DNA of 64,000 nucleotides from an uncultured Lachnospiraceae bacterium. GTDB taxonomy: Bacteria; Bacillota; Clostridia; Lachnospirales; Lachnospiraceae. Both the position numbers and the translations under genes were made by a program. This document shows, piece by piece, positions 39,859 to 47,425 of this stretch. The stretch is from contig CASCGD010000003.1 of the NCBI GenBank assembly GCA_949132985.1, positions 1,147 through 65,146 on the forward strand, written 5' to 3'. Positions within the stretch are counted from its first letter, which is position 1. Each line of letters starts with the position of its first letter. The notes below the pieces were generated by a model. That model was not told the DNA's origin and ran no database searches. It saw only the letters and a list, made by a program, of their open reading frames with translations.

Positions 39859-40444
39859 GGAGTCGGAGCTGCCGCTTACCTACAATCCTGCCGTAGATGC
39901 ATGGCAGGACACGGAGGGCCTTGTATACAACCACGAGCTGGATGCGTGGGAAAAAGTCTGGCCGGAAATTATCTATTTTGTCAAAAACGGCGTACCGCAA
40001 GCAGGATATACCTGGGCGGACACCTACAAAGGAAATGACGGGAATGCTGGAAGTTATTCCGCGCGGACAGACGGAGATTATTTTGCCCTGTCTGTTAGCG
40101 GGACTGCCACAGCTGGCAAAATGATTGTGTTCCCCGCAATTGAAAAGGCGGGGACATTATGTGCGGAAGATATTGCGGTTACTGCTACGCATGGTAACAA
40201 CCATGTACATTTTGGCTTTGCGCGCGTTGACAGCGCTGGAAAGACAATTATATACGGCGAGGTAGCGGGTGGGTCCAGCGGGTGGGCGTATTGCCTGCCG
40301 CCTAACAGCACCGGAGGCAGCATAGACATATTGCAAAATGAGTTGTCTGCGGGCAGCTGCCCGAAACTTGGGATCTACTGCAACAATTATTATGGATTTT
40401 CCGGCACGCTGCAGATCCGGAATCTCTATTTTGTACCTAATTAA
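39821..40444 (+). CDS. Variable tail-tip protein 2
   Basis: Shared N-module; divergent C-domain. Confidence 0.8.
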   Translation: MPLVWNNRLQAFEESELPLTYNPAVDAWQDTEGLVYNHELDAWEKVWPEIIYFVKNGVPQAGYTWADTYKGNDGNAGSYSARTDGDYFALSVSGTATAGKMIVFPAIEKAGTLCAEDIAVTATHGNNHVHFGFARVDSAGKTIIYGEVAGGSSGWAYCLPPNSTGGSIDILQNELSAGSCPKLGIYCNNYYGFSGTLQIRNLYFVPN

Positions 40445-40457
40445 GGGAGGGAAATAT

Positions 40458-40550
40458 ATGTGTAAAATAAGATCGGGGGGGGTAAACCTCCGCGGGCATC
40501 CGCAGGTGCGGTATGCCGTTAATATGGGACAAACAATTACAGGCGTTTAG
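40458..40550 (+). promoter_or_regulatory. Leader ORF 3 (MCKIRSGGVNL...) with G8 tract at 40475-40482
   Basis: GGGAGG RBS; overlaps the tip ATG out of frame. Confidence 0.8.
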
Positions 40551-41151
40551 AGAGTCAGGGACGCCGCTGGCCTACAACCCTGGGCTGGGAGCATGGCAGG
40601 AAACCGAAGGATGTGTTTATAACTCGCAGCTGGGTGCATGGGAAAAAGTCTGGCCAGGCGAATTATATCTGTACAAGGACGGTGACGAGTGCACGGATAT
40701 TACAGGCGGATGGAAATATCAGCCTTACAATTATTATTCATCAGCATTTACCTGCAAAATGCCAACTATCGAAAGGAGGGCCGACAGCCTATATACAAGG
40801 CTGGTATTTGGACGATCGTTTAATTGCGCTTTAATCGGCACAGCAAATATCATTGATACATCGCGCTACACAAAGATGTGTTGTGAGGTCTCGGGCACAT
40901 GCTCATCAACTAACGCGGCATGTTGGGGCGAAATAGCGGCTTTTGCTGGTGGATACAGCTATAATTATAAAAAACAATACGGATGTGAGATCTGTTACGG
41001 CGGATATGGAGGACACTATGCATCGTCCAATCACGCGCTGTTGGAACTTGATATAACTGATATCAGCAGTGCGGCATTTGCGATAGAGCATGTCTGTGAT
41101 TCGATTGCGGCCCCGGATTTTGTGCAATTATTTAAGTTATGGCTTGAGTAG
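40513..41151 (+). CDS. Variable tail-tip protein 3
   Basis: Shared N-module; LYKDGDECTDITGGW; ends KLWLE. Confidence 0.8.
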   Translation: MPLIWDKQLQAFRESGTPLAYNPGLGAWQETEGCVYNSQLGAWEKVWPGELYLYKDGDECTDITGGWKYQPYNYYSSAFTCKMPTIERRADSLYTRLVFGRSFNCALIGTANIIDTSRYTKMCCEVSGTCSSTNAACWGEIAAFAGGYSYNYKKQYGCEICYGGYGGHYASSNHALLELDITDISSAAFAIEHVCDSIAAPDFVQLFKLWLE

Positions 41152-41202
41152 GGATGCGCCGCATCTCTTTAATTTTACAAAAAAATGAAAGGAAGAGAAT
41201 TA

Positions 41203-41592
41203 ATGGGAAAAATCGTATTTGGCAACAAGGAAATTATCACACAAAGCGTATACCCATACGCGTACAGCAACGGAAAAGTAGTACTAAGGGTGTCAGCACG
41301 CGAAGAAGATGTGTCAGAGAATGACCTGAAACAGCTCAAAGACAATATGCTCCCGATTGAATACTATGAGTGCAAAACAGTCATGGACGCAGAGACGGGA
41401 GCTCTCACAGAAACGGATGCATGGGAACTGAAGGCAACCTATGATAACTACGACTCCGGCGAGTACGTATCATCCTACAAGGACGGCGTATACTCCTGCG
41501 AGATAACGCGTGTGGGAGAAACAGAAAAGGCCGTCCGCAGGAACACGGCAGATATCGCCTATCTTGGTATCATGGCCGGGGTAGAGCTGTAA
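41203..41592 (+). CDS. XkdW-like tail fibre accessory protein
   Basis: Ends ADIAYLGIMAGVEL; lies near the XkdX-like gene. Confidence 0.6.
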   Translation: MGKIVFGNKEIITQSVYPYAYSNGKVVLRVSAREEDVSENDLKQLKDNMLPIEYYECKTVMDAETGALTETDAWELKATYDNYDSGEYVSSYKDGVYSCEITRVGETEKAVRRNTADIAYLGIMAGVEL

Positions 41593-41603
41593 GGAGGATA
41601 TAT

Positions 41604-41672
41604 ATGTGTAAGATTTTTAAGGGGGGGGGTAAAACCCCGCGCAGCGCCGCAGGTGATCTATGGCGTTGCTGA
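41604..41672 (+). promoter_or_regulatory. Leader ORF 4 (MCKIFKGGGKTPRSAAGDLWRC*) with G9 tract at 41621-41629
   Basis: AAGGAGG RBS; stop begins 10 nt after the A of the tip ATG. Confidence 0.8.
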
Positions 41673-42298
41673 TACCGGATGTCGCGGGTGTCTATATAGA
41701 TCAAAAGCCGCCGCTTATCTACAACCATCAGCTAGAGGCATGGCAGGACACCGAGGGATACGCGCATGACAATGCATTTGAGGCGTGGCGCAAGATCTGG
41801 CCGGAGAAGTTATATTTATATACGGATGGCGATGAGTGCGTAGATGTAACGGAAGGGTACGACGGAATTTATACAGAAACAGGCGCGTTTATCACAAAGG
41901 GCCCTGACTCCATAAAAATTTTTGCAGATCGTGGCGATGGTTGGAAACTTGCAAAATTCTGCTCAAGGAATAAGGTGGATTTTACAAAATACAAAAAGCT
42001 TCGTGCGGTTATGTCTGGCAGGGCATGGGATGTTGTCAGTCCAACTGGAACTATCTATAATTGCATTTCAGCACATATATCTTTCTTCCACACGTATTCC
42101 AATGAATGGGGAGATGGGCAGGATCTTGATGTGCCACAATCCATATTACCGTTTAATCAGACTCATAATTTTGAAATGCCGTACAAAGAGTATGTATTAA
42201 ATATTCCGGACGAAGCCGCATATATCGGATGGCGGTCACATGTTGGATTAACCGGAGGAAAGTATGAATTCCGCATCAAACAACTATGGCTGGAATAA
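41660..42298 (+). CDS. Variable tail-tip protein 4
   Basis: Shared N-module; LYTDGDECVDVTEG; ends KQLWLE. Confidence 0.8.
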   Translation: MALLIPDVAGVYIDQKPPLIYNHQLEAWQDTEGYAHDNAFEAWRKIWPEKLYLYTDGDECVDVTEGYDGIYTETGAFITKGPDSIKIFADRGDGWKLAKFCSRNKVDFTKYKKLRAVMSGRAWDVVSPTGTIYNCISAHISFFHTYSNEWGDGQDLDVPQSILPFNQTHNFEMPYKEYVLNIPDEAAYIGWRSHVGLTGGKYEFRIKQLWLE

Positions 42299-42326
42299 AT
42301 CAAACAAAGAAAGCGAGGAAAAGACC

Positions 42327-42467
42327 ATGAACGTAAAAGAATTAGCAAAGAAATATTATCCCACCTATTGGGATATCAACCGCATGCGCAATCTTGTAGC
42401 GGCAGGCAAGTTGTCTGAGGCAGACTATCAGGAGATCACAGGCAGTACATACCGCGCCACGGAGTAA
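42327..42467 (+). CDS. XkdX-family protein
   Basis: KKYY..YW......LV..GKLS..DYQEITG..Y. Confidence 0.85.
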   Translation: MNVKELAKKYYPTYWDINRMRNLVAAGKLSEADYQEITGSTYRATE

Positions 42468-42477
42468 GGAGGATTAG

Positions 42478-42546
42478 ATGTGTAAGATTTTTAGGGGGGG
42501 GGGTAAAGCACCCTCGCGCAGCGCCGCAGGTGCGGTATGCCGTTAA
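42478..42546 (+). promoter_or_regulatory. Leader ORF 5 (MCKIFRGGGKAPSRSAAGAVCR*) with G10 tract at 42494-42503
   Basis: AAGGAGG RBS; stop begins 7 nt after the A of the tip ATG. Confidence 0.8.
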
Positions 42547-43125
42547 TATGGGACAAACAATTAAAAGCATTTGTAGACACGGCTCCGCCGCTGCTCTACG
42601 ACCCGGCCATAGAGGCCTACGGAGATACCGAGGGTTATGTGCACGACAATGCACTTGAGGCTTGGCGCAAAGTCTGGCCCGCACGGCTGTATCTCTATCA
42701 TGAGGGTGGAGAGTGTGCAGGTATTACCGGTGGATGGGATGCGTATCCATACAAACTTACGGGATGGGGGGAGCGAGCTTGCGCCAACTCTGGTTAAAGG
42801 GGTATCCGATATGAGCGCATCAATGCAGAGCCCATATGCGGGAGCAGTAGCGACATGTGCCACCATACAGATAGACAGGTTTGGCAAGTTATGTGCTATA
42901 TGCTCTGGGAGCGCGCAGATACACTCGGGAGTTACGTTGTGTTTGGCACCGGTTATATCGGAAAGCCAACGAGAGGTTGCTGTATATTCCGTTATTGATA
43001 TGGGAACTACAAAAACAGATGAACAGATTATTGCAGATATATCGCAGATAAGCGGAAGCCAACATGTGATCTTTCGGATGGTTGCTAATTGTAATGTAAC
43101 AATCAAGCAAGTATGGCTTGAGTAA
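42537..43125 (+). pseudogene. Variable tail-tip protein 5, frameshifted at G6 (42766-42771)
   Basis: Removing one G joins 42537..42797 to 42637..43125, giving a product ending KQVWLE. Confidence 0.8.
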
Positions 43126-43178
43126 GGGGATGCGATCGCATCTCTTTCATTTTGTAAAAAGAGGGGAGGGAGATAATC

Positions 43179-43505
43179 ATGACCGTGGATATAAGCACGC
43201 TGATACTTGCTATGTCGATTCCGTCCGCTGTGACCGGTTTTTGCTTTTGGCTTATGGAGCGGCGCATCGAAAAGCGGGAAAAAGAAAGGGAACGGAAAGA
43301 GGCAATCCGGGAGAAGAGCGAGATACTTACTGTGAAAGGAATCGGCGCAGCGATCGCGCTGGGAGAAGCGACAGCGGAAGCAGTATCCAGAATACCGGAT
43401 ACGCATTGTAACGGCGACATGCATAAAGCGCTGGAATATGCCAGAAGCGTTAAGCATGAGCAAAAGGATTTCTTCGTTGAACAGGGAATCCATGAAATTT
43501 ATTGA
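43179..43505 (+). CDS. Holin-like / lysis-associated membrane protein
   Basis: N-terminal TM; CNGDMHKAL; lysis-cassette position. Confidence 0.65.
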   Translation: MTVDISTLILAMSIPSAVTGFCFWLMERRIEKREKERERKEAIREKSEILTVKGIGAAIALGEATAEAVSRIPDTHCNGDMHKALEYARSVKHEQKDFFVEQGIHEIY

Positions 43506-43519
43506 AGGAGGGAAAAATC

Positions 43520-43681
43520 GTGATCCAGATCACACAAATGAACGGAACATACAACGAATGGAAACCCGAACAGTACACTGATTATATGTATGATGGCAAG
43601 TGCTTTATCATTATGCGCGGTGAAAAATGGGTAGGAATCTATAACATGGATGCAATCAGGAGCATCGTAATCGACCAGTAA
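43520..43681 (+). CDS. Small hypothetical protein (53 aa)
   Basis: AAGGAGG RBS then GTG; hand-translated. Confidence 0.55.
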   Translation: MIQITQMNGTYNEWKPEQYTDYMYDGKCFIIMRGEKWVGIYNMDAIRSIVIDQ

Positions 43682-43695
43682 AGGGGGAAATCACA

Positions 43696-43935
43696 ATGAA
43701 AGGAATCAACTGGACAAGGAAACTCACGAGCCGCAAATTCTGGGCGGCAGTCACGTCGTTTGTCTCGATGATGATTATGGCCACAGGCGGCACACAGGGC
43801 ACCGCGGAGCAGATAACGGCGCTTATTATGGCGGGCGCATCGGTTGTGGCGTATATCGTCGCGGAGGGTCTTACGGATGCGGCAAACACTGCCGCTGCCG
43901 GCATCGAGATCGAGGAGGGAACCGATGAAAATTAA
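43696..43935 (+). CDS. Holin
   Basis: INW.RKLTSRKFW, two TM, YI.AEG..DA. Confidence 0.85.
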   Translation: MKGINWTRKLTSRKFWAAVTSFVSMMIMATGGTQGTAEQITALIMAGASVVAYIVAEGLTDAANTAAAGIEIEEGTDEN

Positions 43936-44710
43936 AATAAAACTTGCATCCAAACACAACTACGGAGGATGGCGGGATACAAAACAGATCAAATACATCG
44001 TCCTGCATTATACCGCGGTTGATGGAGACAGCGACGAGGGTAATGCAAGCTACTTTGCAAGGCCGCACGATCCCAAGACGTCGGCACATTATTTTGTGGA
44101 TGACGACTCAATTACGCAGTCCGCGCCAGATAATTACATTGCCTATGCAGTCGGCGGCAAGCGCTGGGAGGACTGCAGGCAGACCGGAGGCGGCAAACTC
44201 TACGGCAAGGCCACCAATGCCAACACAATCAATATCGAGATGTGCGACAGCAAAAAGGACGGTGTGATCATGGCGCAGCCTGCGACGATCACGCGCACGA
44301 TCAAGCTGGTACGCCTGCTGATGGACAAGTACAATATCGATATCGATCATGTGATCAGACACTTTGACGTCAACGGCAAGCACTGCCCGGCCTATTACAT
44401 GGATGCGGGAGCGTGGGCTGCATTTAAGGCGCGCATCCTTGGCTACAGGGCCGGCAACAAGTACAGGACGGCCAAGCCCTGCTATCTGCGCCTCTCACCT
44501 GCTGGCAAAAAGCTCACCTATGAGGAGGCACCGGATCACATCAAGGCAAAATCCATAAAAAAGAAGGGGTATATCTCCTTCAAAAAAGGCGCGATCTTCA
44601 AGCTTGTCGAAGTTGCCGAAAAGAACGGCGATCTCTGGGGCAGGATGAAAACCGGCTATTGGGTACCGCTGCGCTATAAGAGCGCCCTGCGGGCGATCAT
44701 CTGCAAATAG
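43925..44710 (+). CDS. Endolysin, N-acetylmuramoyl-L-alanine amidase (Amidase_2)
   Basis: YIVLHYT, SAHYFVD, IEMC, RHFDVNGKHCP. Confidence 0.93.
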   Translation: MKIKIKLASKHNYGGWRDTKQIKYIVLHYTAVDGDSDEGNASYFARPHDPKTSAHYFVDDDSITQSAPDNYIAYAVGGKRWEDCRQTGGGKLYGKATNANTINIEMCDSKKDGVIMAQPATITRTIKLVRLLMDKYNIDIDHVIRHFDVNGKHCPAYYMDAGAWAAFKARILGYRAGNKYRTAKPCYLRLSPAGKKLTYEEAPDHIKAKSIKKKGYISFKKGAIFKLVEVAEKNGDLWGRMKTGYWVPLRYKSALRAIICK

Positions 44711-44721
44711 GGGCAGTCAAT

Positions 44722-44751
44722 ATAACAGGCGGCATTATGCCGCCTGTTATT
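44722..44751. terminator. Bidirectional terminator
   Basis: ATAACAGGCGGCA-tta-TGCCGCCTGTTAT between convergent genes. Confidence 0.85.
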
Positions 44752-45445
44752 ACTGAATCCATGCCTCCTGCGGCATATTGTCTAAAATACTGTCAAGATC
44801 CCGGAACGCGTTGCCTTTCCATGTGAATTGGAATCCGCTCGTTTCTTCATCTGCTTTTTCGTATAATTCTTCGATCTGCCTCACCATCTGCAAATATCCT
44901 GTATTCTGGTCGCGTAGGATATCCAGCGCGGACTTGATGCAGTCGTACCGGTACCGCAATCCGATATAGGATTGATAGGTTCCAAAACAATACCGCATGG
45001 CTTTGATTAACTCGTCTTTTGTAAGGCGTTTCAGCTTCTTTGCCGCTTCATCATTCGCCCATTCGCTTTCATAATAGCCTAATCCATAATAGTCATGTTC
45101 GTATATATCGTATCCAAGCATTTCACCGCCTTTATTCACGGCAGCAAAAAAGATATCAAAATATTCCGGCACATATTCATTCCGGAGGTCGTCCCACATC
45201 CGTTCGCATTCACCGGCCAGATCACCAAACATCATCTTAAATTCAAAGGCATCGTCCTCATCCCCATCAAGGGTATTGATGAGTGTGTCCTCATCCCCGT
45301 CAATATAATACTGCACTTCGTCGCACGCTTCCCCTATATCCCATAGGGCTTCCTGTATATCATCGAGGTTCAGCCCTTTCGCAAGCGGTTTCTTATAGCG
45401 TAAATTCTTCGCTTTCAAGCGCTTTGTTTCCTCTGCATTTATCAT
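44750..45445 (-). CDS. Acidic hypothetical protein (accessory island, left arm)
   Basis: 231 aa from MINAEE; AGAAAGTGAG RBS. Confidence 0.8.
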   Translation of the reverse strand: MINAEETKRLKAKNLRYKKPLAKGLNLDDIQEALWDIGEACDEVQYYIDGDEDTLINTLDGDEDDAFEFKMMFGDLAGECERMWDDLRNEYVPEYFDIFFAAVNKGGEMLGYDIYEHDYYGLGYYESEWANDEAAKKLKRLTKDELIKAMRYCFGTYQSYIGLRYRYDCIKSALDILRDQNTGYLQMVRQIEELYEKADEETSGFQFTWKGNAFRDLDSILDNMPQEAWIQ

Positions 45446-45451
45446 CTCTGT

Positions 45452-45747
45452 CTCACTTTCTCCCTGCATTACCCGGCAGGGACGGGAAAACGGTTAATGC
45501 TCAATCAGTTGACTATAAATTTGATCTGCTGCTTCTGGATCAGCGTCAAGCATATCAAACGTATCTTTGATTCTGGCATATACTTCCGAAACGATAGCCT
45601 TCTGTGTGATTGCCTTATCTTCTTGATTGATTCTGCCTGCTTCAAAAGCGTATCCGTCAATCAGTTCCTTTAAAGATTTTGTCCTGTAATGCATATCTCT
45701 TGCCATATCCTCCTCACTTTCTCCCTGCATTACCCGGCAGGGACGGG
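45452..45747 (-). repeat. Two identical 35-bp repeats (45452-45486, 45713-45747); structural variants at 45951-45980 and 46638-46670
   Basis: CTCACTTTCTCCCTGCATTACCCGGCAGGGACGGG occurs twice. Confidence 0.92.
45494..45706 (-). CDS. Small hypothetical protein
   Basis: 70 aa from MARDMHY; RBS within the repeat. Confidence 0.7.
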   Translation of the reverse strand: MARDMHYRTKSLKELIDGYAFEAGRINQEDKAITQKAIVSEVYARIKDTFDMLDADPEAADQIYSQLIEH

Positions 45748-45754
45748 GTAGAAG

Positions 45755-45940
45755 TTACATTGTAGTGTTATTGATAGTCACCATAATTTCACTTAAAGCA
45801 CTTAAGCAATCCTCCGCTATGCTTACATCAGACAGGAACAATTCATCTTCTCTGGATTCTGGTTCTTGGTCAATTATGTTTCTTGCCTTTTTGATATATG
45901 CAAGCACTCTTTCAGAATTTCTTTTATTCATCTGTTTCAT
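45755..45940 (-). CDS. Small hypothetical protein
   Basis: 61 aa from MKQMNK; purine-rich RBS. Confidence 0.65.
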   Translation of the reverse strand: MKQMNKRNSERVLAYIKKARNIIDQEPESREDELFLSDVSIAEDCLSALSEIMVTINNTTM

Positions 45941-45983
45941 ATCTTCCCTTCTTTCTCCCGGCGCAACCCCGCCGGGTGGGTGG

Positions 45984-46250
45984 TTAATATACGCATGCTT
46001 CTGCAATGCTGTTTTCGATAATTGAATAAGTGTCAATCTCTAACTTGTACTCTTCTTCGCTTATTACACCGAGTTCATGGTCAAGTTCAGCGTCTTCATA
46101 TAATTTTCTGTTCATGTCCTTGAAAACTTTCCTGCCGTATTTTGTAAATGATAAGTAGAGTTCAATTCCGCATGATGTTCCATATCTTTTTGCCATTTCT
46201 AATGCTTCTTTGCGAGAGTGGTTGTATTCGTTTTTATAATTTCTTTTCAT
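45984..46250 (-). CDS. Small hypothetical protein
   Basis: 88 aa from MKRNYKNE. Confidence 0.65.
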   Translation of the reverse strand: MKRNYKNEYNHSRKEALEMAKRYGTSCGIELYLSFTKYGRKVFKDMNRKLYEDAELDHELGVISEEEYKLEIDTYSIIENSIAEACVY

Positions 46251-46314
46251 TTCCCATATCTTCCGTTCCTTTGATATTGCCGGTTTAAAGGGTTTCCGGC
46301 GTCCTATATGGTTG

Positions 46315-46548
46315 TTATGCAATCCCGTAGAGTCTGGTAGATTTGCGGAAGGTTTTAAGGACTCCGCCCGGCGTCCCATCCGGCTTAATCGTCCAGTGTG
46401 TATGTATACCGGAGAAATCGCTGCACAGACGTACGGTTATGGTCTTAGGGGTCTCCCGGACGATCTCGACCACATCAAACAAAAATCCGTCTGCCTCTGC
46501 TAACTGTGTACCAACCTTAATGTTACCTGCTAAAATGATGCTTGCCAT
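46315..46548 (-). CDS. Small beta-rich hypothetical protein
   Basis: AGGAGGT RBS, 77 aa. Confidence 0.75.
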   Translation of the reverse strand: MASIILAGNIKVGTQLAEADGFLFDVVEIVRETPKTITVRLCSDFSGIHTHWTIKPDGTPGGVLKTFRKSTRLYGIA

Positions 46549-46701
46549 AGTTTATACCTCCTGTATGAAAAGTGCTGATTATAGTTTCTTTTATGTTGGA
46601 TTTTCACCCCGAAGCTATTCAGCCGGTTCCGGTCGCTGTTGCCGAACTCTACGCCCCGGCAACCGGGCGGTTAAAAGTGTTTTGTTCTTGTTTCTGTAAT
46701 T

Positions 46702-46746
46702 ATAATAACACTAATATTAGTGGTTGTCAACACTGATATTAAAGTT
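46702..46746 (-). promoter_or_regulatory. Strong leftward promoter TTGACA-17-TATTAT with two palindromic operators
   Basis: AACACTAATATTAGTGGT at 46707 and AACACTGATATTAAAGTT at 46729. Confidence 0.85.
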
Positions 46747-46826
46747 TTTTGAAAAATATTTTTGGAGTTGATTTTATGAAGCCTGTGTATTATAATGATG
46801 AAAAGTCAAAGAAAGGGAGTGGAGAA

Positions 46827-47054
46827 ATGTGGCGTTACAAGATTGATATTTTGAAAGAATTATCGAATAGAGGATACACAAGTACTAAAATGAGGAAAGA
46901 CAAAATAATGTCAGAAGGGACAATGCAGCATATCAGGAAGGGGAAGGGAATATCAGTTGATACACTGAATACGATATGTTTGATATTGCGATTGGAACCA
47001 TCTGATATAATAGAAATAATACCAACAGATGAAGAAAAGATAAAATATTTTTAA
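46827..47054 (+). CDS. Small XRE/HTH_26 repressor (Aca-like)
   Basis: MSEGTMQHIRKGKGISVDTLNTIC..L...PSDIIE; own promoter TTGATT-17-TATAAT. Confidence 0.88.
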   Translation: MWRYKIDILKELSNRGYTSTKMRKDKIMSEGTMQHIRKGKGISVDTLNTICLILRLEPSDIIEIIPTDEEKIKYF

Positions 47055-47055
47055 A

Positions 47056-47100
47056 AACACTAAAATTAGTGTTGACACATACCAAAAAAGGTGTTATTAT
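47056..47100 (+). promoter_or_regulatory. Strong rightward promoter TTGACA-17-TATTAT with two operators
   Basis: AACACTAAAATTAGTGTT at 47056 and CATACCAAAAAAGGTGTT at 47078. Confidence 0.85.
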
Positions 47101-47155
47101 ATAATTGTCCAAAGGGAACGGCGGACAATAACTCGAAAGGGAGAAAGGAGAACAG

Positions 47156-47326
47156 ATGAACGATATGGCAACAAACAAGCAGCTACAATTTATCACATGG
47201 TTGATAACAACGGCAACCGACAAATGCCAGACAATCGAGGAAGTAAGGGAGCTGAACAAGGAAATTCGCAAACACTCCGACGGACTGATTGATGAACTGG
47301 CAGAACAGAACAAAGGGGCTGAATAA
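47156..47326 (+). CDS. Small hypothetical protein (56 aa, MNDMATNKQLQF...)
   Basis: GAAAGGAG RBS; hand-translated. Confidence 0.65.
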   Translation: MNDMATNKQLQFITWLITTATDKCQTIEEVRELNKEIRKHSDGLIDELAEQNKGAE

Positions 47327-47425
47327 ACAGCCCCAACACAACAGAAAGGGCGGCAGGCACACAAGCCGCCCGATTCTCAAAAATTATAGCAAATATAAAA
47401 TGATAAATCAATGGAGGAAATAAAA

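Noticed and set aside
38152-43125. Diversity-generating retroelement acting on the tip genes
   Set aside because: No reverse transcriptase in the window and no template/variable repeat pair differing only at adenines
38152-43125. Invertase shufflon
   Set aside because: All cassettes are co-oriented, each has its own start codon, there are no inverted crossover sites and no recombinase nearby
45452-45980. CRISPR mini-array or solitary-repeat RNA anti-CRISPR
   Set aside because: The intervals are over 200 nt and encode ORFs; the GAAAG end is explained by the RBS; no GGATTGAAA-type I-C repeat ending. Not fully excluded without a repeat-database search
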